This document shows, in pieces, positions 17,178-25,127 of a DNA stretch of 25,930 bases; position 1 is the stretch's first letter, and the number at the start of each line of letters is the position of its first letter. A model generated the notes under the pieces. It ran no database searches and was not told the origin of the DNA. It was given only the letters and a program-made list of their open reading frames with translations. A program made the position numbers and the translations under genes. This stretch comes from a bacterium (GTDB lineage Bacteria > SZUA-182 > DTGQ01 > JAFGSM01): contig JBLIRN010000040.1 in NCBI GenBank assembly GCA_049472315.1, positions 1 to 25,930 on the forward strand, read 5' to 3'.

Positions 17178-19985
17178 ATGGAAAGCAAACGGATTATCGA
17201 TCTGCTCGGCAAGACCGAGTTATTCAGGGGATTACCCCCCCACCTCCTCCCCTCTCTGGCGGAACAATTTACAACGGCCACCTTCAAGGCGCGGGAGGTG
17301 GTGATCGGCCAGGGGGAGCGGATAGTGAATCTCTATATCGTGTCCAAGGGACGACTGGAGGTGTATGTCAAGGACCAGATGAATCGCCATACGCATATCT
17401 CCTATCTGCTTCCCGCACACCATTTCGGCGACTTTAACCTCCTCTACGATCAGCCGAGCGCCACCGGGATTGTTGCGGTTGAGGAGAGCGAATGCCTCTG
17501 CCTTTCCAAGGAACGATTCCTCTCGCTCCTGGACATAGATCCCGAGATCAGCCAGTACATCCTCCGGGCGATTTTAAAACAACTCCGCTCCTTGAATATC
17601 GTCGAGGAAACGGCGAAATACAAGGAGAAGGCCCTCCAATTCCTGCAGCAGAACAAGAGGATCGGTCAATATACGAAGATCATCGGCAAGACCAAGGCCA
17701 TTAATGAACTGAACGAGGCCATAGAACGGGTCGCCGGAAATGAAGATCCTGTGTTGATCGAGGGGGAGTACGGAACCGGCAAGGAACTCATCGCCCGCAT
17801 CGTACACGCAAAAAGCATCCGCTCGGCAAAGCCCTTCATATCCGTGGATTGCGAAAAGTTGCTTCCCGAAACCATGCATACCCAACTTTTCGGCGATCGA
17901 TTGTGCTACCATTCCTCCCAGGAACAGCACGGCATCGGTTTCAGCTATATGGAACTCGCCGAAGGGGGGTCGCTGTTGTTGAAGAATATCGAGGTGCTTC
18001 CCCTGGAGATCCAGGTGAGGATTCAGGAACTGCTCTCCTTCAGGACAGGGGTGAATCAGGAATCTCAATGCTATCCGCCTGATGTGCGCATCATGGCTAC
18101 GAGCAGGGTGGACCTGAAGTCGAAGGCGGAGCGGGGATTATTTGACCGGGACCTCCTGCATTCCCTGTCAGCCAATACGATCTATGTACCCCCTTTGCGG
18201 GAGCGGAAAAGGGACATCCCCGAACTGGTTGACCACTTCATCAAAAAATATGCGCGATACTATGACAAGCGGGTCGATAAGGTGAGTGATGCAGCCATGA
18301 AGCTGCTCCTGGCCCACAACTACAAATTGTCGAATGTCCAGGAGCTCGAAGAGGTCATAGAACGCGCCGTGACCCTTACCCGGTCGGATGCGGTCCGGTC
18401 GGAGCACATCTTTCTGGGAATGCCGGCGACCAAGCCGCTTGTTTTGTTCGACCTCTTGCGTCTGAAGTTTTTTCGTTCGTGGGTGCAACGAAGGATATTC
18501 CCCGAAAAGATCCGTGAAATAGTGGCCGTTGTCTTTCTTTTGATCATAGGGCTTTCCCTTTTCACCCATCGGCTTCCCTATCCCTATAACCATGTTGGCA
18601 GGGTATTGACGTGGTCCGTGTGGTGGCCGGCCATGTTTATCTCCTTCTTCTTTATCGGAAGGTTCTGGTGCGCCATCTGTCCCTATGCCACCTACAGCCG
18701 CCTTGCAAAAAGGGTTGTCAAGCTGGAGCACAACTTCCCCTTCAAGAAATACGATTTCCTTTTCATGACCCTGGGGTTCATGTTCGTGATCTGGGTGGAA
18801 GAGGTAACCGCCATGCGACACTCCTCGTTCAAGGTTGGGGTGCTGCAACTGAGCATTCTCAGCCTGGCGGTGGTGATGGGGGTGGTGTACAAGCGTGACT
18901 CGTGGTGCCGGTTTGTCTGCCCCTTGGGGGCATTGATCTCCATCTGCTCCATGTCCTCGATCGTGGAGGTCAGGTCCAATACCGACGTGTGCCTGAATCA
19001 ATGCACGACCCAAGATTGCTATAAGGGCACCGCTGAAACCCAGGGCTGTCCCATGTTCCAGCACCTCATATACGTGGACAACAACCAGACCTGTAAGCTG
19101 TGCCTCAACTGCGTGCGCAGTTGCACCCATGACAATATATCCGTCAACCTCAGACCGCCGGCAACCGAGATCTACACCTCGGAGCGGCTCAACAAGGGGC
19201 TCTTTCTCTTTGTGGTCGCCTTGATGGGGATCCTGATTCCCATCCTCCTGGCGCACCAGCATATCATCGGACATGAAATCATTCCCTTCACCCTTCTCTT
19301 CATTGCCGCACCCGTAGTACTCCTGGGCGTTCTGTGGGGGATCACCCGCGTGGGATTCAAGGGTGAGGAATACACAGCAGGGGATGTCCTGTGGCGGCTC
19401 ACCTATGCCTATGTGCCCCTTGCCCTGACCGCGCACATCGCCTATCAGCTGCAATTCCTGCCCATCGTGAACAATTTCCTGTTCAGCGTGCTTCTTTCCC
19501 CTTCCATATCCGCAAATATCGTCATCTACAGCAAGACGCTTTTCAACCTGTTCAAGGTTATCTACCTCCTCTTTGAATTCGTTGTGTTCTTTAAGATCAT
19601 TGCATACATCGTCATTTCGTTCACCAGGGTGGACCTTAAGGAGGGCTGGGGCGGATTCCTGAAACCCCTTGCGGTCTCCTTGTTGACGGGAACGGCCATC
19701 TCCTTCCTTCCCAAAATAAATGGATATATCTTTTCCCTGTTGCAGCCTGCGGCCGAATCAACCACCGTCGTCTACAGTATCCCGCTGTTTCACTTCTTTC
19801 AGATCGTGCTCTTCGTGCCGGGGATCGTACTCTCCCTCTATGTGATGGCGCGCATCCTGAAAAAATACCGGGATGCCAATCGAAGGGGCAATACACTGCT
19901 CGCTTTATCCCATTTTCTGTTCATGCTCTTTTACACCGGGATCATCCTGGTGTTGCTCATGGCCGGAACAAGGCCCCCGCTGTGA
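17178..19985 (+). CDS. cNMP-binding domain + degenerate sigma54-activator AAA+ domain + polytopic membrane 4Fe-4S (NapH/MauN-like) domain
   Basis: LYIVSKGRLEV...HFGD (cNMP); GEYGTGKE...PFISVDC...PPLRERKRDIP (sigma54 AAA); GRFWCAICP, WCRFVCPLG, CKLCLNCVRSC and many TM helices. No HTH seen. Confidence 0.88.
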   Translation: MESKRIIDLLGKTELFRGLPPHLLPSLAEQFTTATFKAREVVIGQGERIVNLYIVSKGRLEVYVKDQMNRHTHISYLLPAHHFGDFNLLYDQPSATGIVAVEESECLCLSKERFLSLLDIDPEISQYILRAILKQLRSLNIVEETAKYKEKALQFLQQNKRIGQYTKIIGKTKAINELNEAIERVAGNEDPVLIEGEYGTGKELIARIVHAKSIRSAKPFISVDCEKLLPETMHTQLFGDRLCYHSSQEQHGIGFSYMELAEGGSLLLKNIEVLPLEIQVRIQELLSFRTGVNQESQCYPPDVRIMATSRVDLKSKAERGLFDRDLLHSLSANTIYVPPLRERKRDIPELVDHFIKKYARYYDKRVDKVSDAAMKLLLAHNYKLSNVQELEEVIERAVTLTRSDAVRSEHIFLGMPATKPLVLFDLLRLKFFRSWVQRRIFPEKIREIVAVVFLLIIGLSLFTHRLPYPYNHVGRVLTWSVWWPAMFISFFFIGRFWCAICPYATYSRLAKRVVKLEHNFPFKKYDFLFMTLGFMFVIWVEEVTAMRHSSFKVGVLQLSILSLAVVMGVVYKRDSWCRFVCPLGALISICSMSSIVEVRSNTDVCLNQCTTQDCYKGTAETQGCPMFQHLIYVDNNQTCKLCLNCVRSCTHDNISVNLRPPATEIYTSERLNKGLFLFVVALMGILIPILLAHQHIIGHEIIPFTLLFIAAPVVLLGVLWGITRVGFKGEEYTAGDVLWRLTYAYVPLALTAHIAYQLQFLPIVNNFLFSVLLSPSISANIVIYSKTLFNLFKVIYLLFEFVVFFKIIAYIVISFTRVDLKEGWGGFLKPLAVSLLTGTAISFLPKINGYIFSLLQPAAESTTVVYSIPLFHFFQIVLFVPGIVLSLYVMARILKKYRDANRRGNTLLALSHFLFMLFYTGIILVLLMAGTRPPL

Positions 19986-20336
19986 CAATCAAACCGCCCG
20001 TTGAGCAGGCCCCCAGGATGTGTGAGGAGGCTTTTCATATGGGAGGAAGGATTGAGTAATAGGAGGCTCGTTATTGATTACATGGTTACGTTCAGTCAGA
20101 TTCTGACGGCTTTTTGATGATTTCCTGAAGTTGAGGTCCTGTCATTTCCCTTTAGGGGATGATTTTGACAGGATTGCTGCTCATTGGATATACTTTTTAA
20201 ACGTCCTGTTTGTCCTTTCGGTTCTTCCATGGAAAAGGACACAGCCAACGGTTCAGTTAAGCTCCGGCTTCGGGCCAGGTGTACAATCCGGGCAATGATA
20301 CATCCCTTTTTGCCTATACTGGTATGGTGACGCCCC

Positions 20337-22373
20337 ATGTTCATCATCGAGACCACCGGACGATCGTGCAGTATCTGTGCAAAGTGCATACAGTTTTGTC
20401 CTGCAAAGGCCATTACCATCGAGGGTGAGTCCATCTCCATCCTCGAGGATCGTTGCGTGGGGTGTGGAAACTGCATCCGGATTTGCCCGGACGGGGATAT
20501 CCAGATCAAAAGCCACATCCCCTTTCTGGATGCATTGCTCAAAAGGAAGGGGACCACCATCGCCTGCCTCGACCCTGTATTCCCCGCCTCCACCGGCGGA
20601 ATCCATCCCTACCGCTATATCAGTGCGTTGCGGGCGCTCGGCTTTGATTACGTGGCGGACGCCGCCTTCGGTGTTGATCTGGTCGAGCATGCATACGAAA
20701 AACTCTTAAAGGAGAATCCGGAAGGACGCTATATCGATTCCACCGGGCCAGTCATCGTCTCCTACATCCAGAAGTTTCACCCGGAGCTTATCCCTTACTT
20801 CGCCAAGATCGTTTCCCCGATGATCGCCATGGGACGCCTTCTCAAACAAGAATATGGACACAGCGCACAGGTGGTCTATATCGGACCATGCCTGGCAAAG
20901 AGGCTGGAGGCAAGGGACCCGAATGTTGAAGGGGTGATCGATGATGTCCTGACATTCAAGGAGATCAACAGGATCATACGGGAGCGCGGCATTGATGTCG
21001 AGACCTTGCCGGAGAGCAATTTCGACCCTCCCCTCTCCATGCATGGCAAGATGTATCCGGTGGGCGATCGGATTGTTCCCTCCTTCAATCCCTACCTCCA
21101 GGTGGTGAACGACCATATCATATGCCTCATGGGAAAGGCCTTGTTCGGTGCGATGCTCAAGGAATATGCCGAGTCGCGTCTCTACCGGAAGATCCCCCTC
21201 TTCAGATTGCCCTTCTGTATATGCTGCCTGAACGGCATCGGTATGGACTCCGAAGAGGATTACACCACGAGGCGAGCAACCATCACGAGGTTTATCGAAG
21301 AACGGGCCAATTGGCCATCGGTCGAGGAGTGGAGGAAGGAGCTTGAGAAGTGGTCCACGCTGGATCTCGCCAGGGAGTTCACGAATCAGGATAAGACATT
21401 TACCGCTCCCCAGAAGGAGATCAACCGTATCCTCCTGGAGATGAATAAGCCGACCCCACACTATGAGCTCAACTGCGGGCTGTGCGGCTACAATACCTGC
21501 CGCGAATATGCAGCCGCCGTATACCAGGGGATCGCCGACAAGAGCATGTGCCTCCAGTACCTGAAGAGCATGGACGAGAACTTCAGGCATAAGGAGCTGA
21601 TAAGGCTCAGGGAGGAGCTGCTGAAATTACAGGAGTCCCTCATCCAGTCCGAGAAGCTTGCCTCCATGGGGCAACTCGCCGCAGGGATCGCCCACGAGGT
21701 CAACAATCCACTGGGCACGATCCTGCTTTATTCCCATATGCTCCTGGAGAGTGTACCGGAAGGGAGCCAAACACGGGAGGATATCCAATTGATCGTCAAC
21801 GAGGCCAAGCGGTGCAAGACCATTGTCTCCGCCCTCCTGAATTTCGCCCGCCAGAGCCGCCTCGTCCTCAAACTCACCAGCATTCGGAACCTGCTCGAAA
21901 ACGTCTGCCACCTTGTGGGAGAAGAACAGGGAACGGTCAAGGTATCCATCGAATGCAGCCCGGATATCCCCCTCGTCGTCATGGACAATGAACAGATAAA
22001 ACAGGTGCTTCTCAATATGTTTACCAATGCCTTCGACGCCATGTCCGATGGGGGTGAATTGAAGGTCAGGGCGCACCTCTCCGCAGACGAGGAATCGGTG
22101 GAAATCGCCATATCCGACACGGGCACCGGCATTGCCGAGGAGAATATCAAGAAGCTGTTCAATCCCTTTTTCACCACAAAGCAGATAGGCAGGGGGACCG
22201 GCCTGGGGCTCGCCATATCATACGGCATCATCAAGATGCACCGGGGAGATATCAAGGTACAAAGCACTCTCGGCAAGGGCACCACCTTTACCATCATCCT
22301 GCCGCTTCGTCAGCCCGAGGTGGCGAAGCAGGAGCAGGGGATCATCTTCGGAAGCGAGGAATCCGCCTTCTGA
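20337..22373 (+). CDS. [FeFe]-hydrogenase-like (sensory group C type) domain fused to a histidine kinase
   Basis: Two CxxCxxCxxxCP ferredoxin motifs; Fe_hyd-like core (ALRALGFDYVADAAFG, SPMIAMGR, YIGPCLAKRLE, VLTFKE); FeS domain NCGLCGYNTC...MC; H-box AHEVNNPL; N/G1/F/G2 boxes. Confidence 0.9.
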   Translation: MFIIETTGRSCSICAKCIQFCPAKAITIEGESISILEDRCVGCGNCIRICPDGDIQIKSHIPFLDALLKRKGTTIACLDPVFPASTGGIHPYRYISALRALGFDYVADAAFGVDLVEHAYEKLLKENPEGRYIDSTGPVIVSYIQKFHPELIPYFAKIVSPMIAMGRLLKQEYGHSAQVVYIGPCLAKRLEARDPNVEGVIDDVLTFKEINRIIRERGIDVETLPESNFDPPLSMHGKMYPVGDRIVPSFNPYLQVVNDHIICLMGKALFGAMLKEYAESRLYRKIPLFRLPFCICCLNGIGMDSEEDYTTRRATITRFIEERANWPSVEEWRKELEKWSTLDLAREFTNQDKTFTAPQKEINRILLEMNKPTPHYELNCGLCGYNTCREYAAAVYQGIADKSMCLQYLKSMDENFRHKELIRLREELLKLQESLIQSEKLASMGQLAAGIAHEVNNPLGTILLYSHMLLESVPEGSQTREDIQLIVNEAKRCKTIVSALLNFARQSRLVLKLTSIRNLLENVCHLVGEEQGTVKVSIECSPDIPLVVMDNEQIKQVLLNMFTNAFDAMSDGGELKVRAHLSADEESVEIAISDTGTGIAEENIKKLFNPFFTTKQIGRGTGLGLAISYGIIKMHRGDIKVQSTLGKGTTFTIILPLRQPEVAKQEQGIIFGSEESAF

Positions 22374-22389
22374 GGGTCAGGGATCGATC

Positions 22390-23886
22390 ATGGACAAATC
22401 GAAACGAAATACCATACGGGCACATATCCTGGTGATCGACGACGAGGAGGGTATGCGCTCCGGCGTCATCAGGGTGCTCGGTCCCCGCGGTCATGTGGTG
22501 GATACCGCTGAAAACGGCACAAAGGGGATCGCATTGGCAAAGAAGCGGTTTTATGATATCGCCCTTATCGACTACCGGATGCCGGATATCGACGGCTTTG
22601 AGGTGATGGATGCGATTCGCTCCCATTCCCCGGAGACCATCCAGATCGTCATGACCGCATACGCAAGCTATGAGATGGCCGTTTCCGCCACCAAGAAGGG
22701 GGCCTTCGACTACCTGGCCAAACCCTTCACGCCGGATGAGCTCCTTATCGTCGTCGAGAAGGCGCTTGAATGGCGGAGGCTTCAGATCGAGTCCCAGCGG
22801 CTGCGGGAAGAGAGGGCCCGGAACCTTCTGGAGCTGGCCACGGAAAAATCGCGTACCACGGCTATTATCCAGTGCATGGGGGAAGGGGTCCTGGTCATCA
22901 ACAATCAGGATGAGATCGTGCTGTGGAATCCCATGGTGGTGCAGTTTCTGGGACTCAAGCACGTCGAGGCCGGCATGAGCCTCCACGCCATGGAACAGGG
23001 GGAAGCGCTTATCAGCCTCGTACGGGAACTCCGCTCCCTGACTGTGGAGAAGACCGAGGTCCTTGTCCGCGAGATACGGGTCGGCGAGGTGATACTCCTT
23101 GGTACGGCCACTCTGCTCAACGATCACGAAGGGAATCCCCTGGGAACGGTCATCATACTCAGGGATATTACCGCACAGAAGAGAATCGAGGAGTTAAAGA
23201 ACCAGTTTGTGACCCTGGTGTCCCATGAACTGAGGGCACCAGTATCCGCGATGCACGGGTATATCGATGTGGTGCTGAACCAATCCGCAGGGGATGATCC
23301 CCAGCTCTACTCCCAGATGCTCCAGAGGTCCAAGATGCGAGCCGAGGCACTTCTCGAGCTGATCAAGGACCTTTTGACCATATCCGCCATAGAGGCAGGG
23401 GATCGGTCCCGCCATCTTGAGCTGTGTGATCTCGCAGGAGTCATCACCGAGGTGTTGGATCTGATGAAGGTGGAGATAGAAAAAAGGGGGATACAGGTGG
23501 AGGTGCACCTTGATCCGGGACTCCCTTCGGTTACTGCGGACCGAAAGGAAATGAATCAGGTGTTTAACAATCTGATTGTAAATGCCATAAAGTATAACAA
23601 GGAGCAGGGATCCATCCGGATTTCAGGGGGCTTCGACCGCCCTATGGTGTGGGTCAGTGTCGAGGATACCGGAATCGGCATGGATAAGGAAGAATGCTCT
23701 CGGTGCTTCGAGGAGTTTTACCGGGCGAAAAACACAAAGACCCGGAACATCATAGGCACAGGACTGGGGCTTTCCATTGTGGATCGTATAGTAAGACGTT
23801 ATGCCGGGCGCATTGACATCGCAAGCACCCCGGGGAAGGGGACCCGGTTCACGGTATATCTTCCGGTCACCCGGGACAATCAATAA
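22390..23886 (+). CDS. Hybrid sensor kinase REC-PAS-HisKA-HATPase
   Basis: ILVIDDE...IDYRMP...LAKP receiver; MGEGVLVINNQDEIVLWN...ILRDIT PAS; SHELRAP; NAIKYN; GTGLGLSIV. Confidence 0.93.
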   Translation: MDKSKRNTIRAHILVIDDEEGMRSGVIRVLGPRGHVVDTAENGTKGIALAKKRFYDIALIDYRMPDIDGFEVMDAIRSHSPETIQIVMTAYASYEMAVSATKKGAFDYLAKPFTPDELLIVVEKALEWRRLQIESQRLREERARNLLELATEKSRTTAIIQCMGEGVLVINNQDEIVLWNPMVVQFLGLKHVEAGMSLHAMEQGEALISLVRELRSLTVEKTEVLVREIRVGEVILLGTATLLNDHEGNPLGTVIILRDITAQKRIEELKNQFVTLVSHELRAPVSAMHGYIDVVLNQSAGDDPQLYSQMLQRSKMRAEALLELIKDLLTISAIEAGDRSRHLELCDLAGVITEVLDLMKVEIEKRGIQVEVHLDPGLPSVTADRKEMNQVFNNLIVNAIKYNKEQGSIRISGGFDRPMVWVSVEDTGIGMDKEECSRCFEEFYRAKNTKTRNIIGTGLGLSIVDRIVRRYAGRIDIASTPGKGTRFTVYLPVTRDNQ

Positions 23887-23934
23887 AAAGCCGCGAGGTC
23901 CGGCATTGTTGCGACATTCGGGTGCTGCGGCGTA

Positions 23935-23963
23935 TTGACAACCCGTTGAGATCTATGCATAAT
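23935..23963 (+). promoter_or_regulatory. Near-consensus sigma70 promoter internal to the signalling cluster
   Basis: TTGACA (23935-23940), 17-nt spacer, CATAAT (23958-23963). Confidence 0.7.
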
Positions 23964-24023
23964 GGGCTTATTTATTATTCTATAATATATCGAGACCACC
24001 ATACGTGAGAGGAATGACACGAG

Positions 24024-24698
24024 ATGGGTGAAAAATCGCAGGGATCCAAGCTCAAGGTATACTGTCCTGAACTCATGAAGATGATCGGGCCTGGTGAGTT
24101 TTCCTGGTGTCCTTACTACCAGGCGGAACAGCTCTCCATAGACGACCACGAGGATGTATTGAAACAGGTCTTTCGCTGCCATGTGAAGTGCGGATGCACG
24201 ATCCACTATCAATATTACGAGGCCGGAGAGCTCAAGACGAAGATTCTGGATGTGGTCGAAAACGAGGATCGCCTGAGGGATCTCATCAAGGAGGGACGCA
24301 AGGAGACATCCCCTGCCAGGAAGAAGATCCTCCTTGTGGACGACGACGAGGACTTCCTGTGCATTCACTCGGCCCTGCTCGTGAACGAGGGATATGAGGT
24401 TTTGACCGCAGAGAGCGAAAAGGGGTGCAGGGAATTGCTCGCAACCGTCACCCCCGACCTGATCGTCCTGGATGTCATGATGGAGCACCTCGATTCCGGA
24501 TTTGATTTAAGCAGGGAGATCAAGGAGCGATTCCCGTCCGTTCCCATCATCCTCCTGACCTCCATCGTCGAGGAGACCGGGCTTCGCATACCCGCCTCCG
24601 AGGATGCACGAAAAAAGCTGCTCCACGCAGATGCCTTTATCAACAAACCGGTAAACAGGGAGAATCTCCTCGCCACGATCAAGGAATTGCTCTCATAA
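24024..24698 (+). CDS. Response regulator: unknown Cys/His-rich N-domain + C-terminal receiver
   Basis: ILLVDDD...DLIVLDVMME...LT...FINKP receiver after an ~100-aa extension; GAGGA RBS. Confidence 0.88.
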   Translation: MGEKSQGSKLKVYCPELMKMIGPGEFSWCPYYQAEQLSIDDHEDVLKQVFRCHVKCGCTIHYQYYEAGELKTKILDVVENEDRLRDLIKEGRKETSPARKKILLVDDDEDFLCIHSALLVNEGYEVLTAESEKGCRELLATVTPDLIVLDVMMEHLDSGFDLSREIKERFPSVPIILLTSIVEETGLRIPASEDARKKLLHADAFINKPVNRENLLATIKELLS

Positions 24699-24716
24699 GC
24701 CCCCCTGAAATCGATT

Positions 24717-25124
24717 ATGGAAACAAAGGGAAAAATCCTGCTGATCGACAACGATATCGACTTTATCGAAATGAACCGTGCTGTCTTGCAGCACAATGGA
24801 TATGCGGTGTCCTTCGCCTATAACTCCCAGGAGGGATATGAGCTGGCGCGGCTTGAACATCCGGATCTGATCGTCCTTGACCTGATGATGGAGCAGCACG
24901 ATTCCGGCTTCACCCTGGCAAAACGGATAAAGCAGGACCCTGCGCTCAGGCGCATCCCGATCATTATGCTCACGGCAGTGGCGGACCGCACCGGGTTCCG
25001 GTTCTCCCAGGAAAAGGACGGATACTGGATGAAGACCGACGCCTTCGTGGACAAGCCCTGTCCCCCCAAGGACCTGATGGCCAAGATCGAGGAAATACTC
25101 TCACTATCGAAAGAAGAATCATAG
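24717..25124 (+). CDS. Single-domain response regulator (receiver only)
   Basis: ILLIDND...DLIVLDLMME...LT...FVDKP. Confidence 0.92.
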   Translation: METKGKILLIDNDIDFIEMNRAVLQHNGYAVSFAYNSQEGYELARLEHPDLIVLDLMMEQHDSGFTLAKRIKQDPALRRIPIIMLTAVADRTGFRFSQEKDGYWMKTDAFVDKPCPPKDLMAKIEEILSLSKEES

Positions 25125-25127
25125 ACC

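Noticed and set aside
17178..18420. Functional sigma54 enhancer-binding activator
   Set aside because: GAFTGA, Walker B acidic residues, Arg fingers and HTH are all missing.
20337..21560. Catalytic H2-evolving [FeFe] hydrogenase
   Set aside because: Motif 1 lacks Cys, motif 3 is degenerate and the domain is fused to a kinase.
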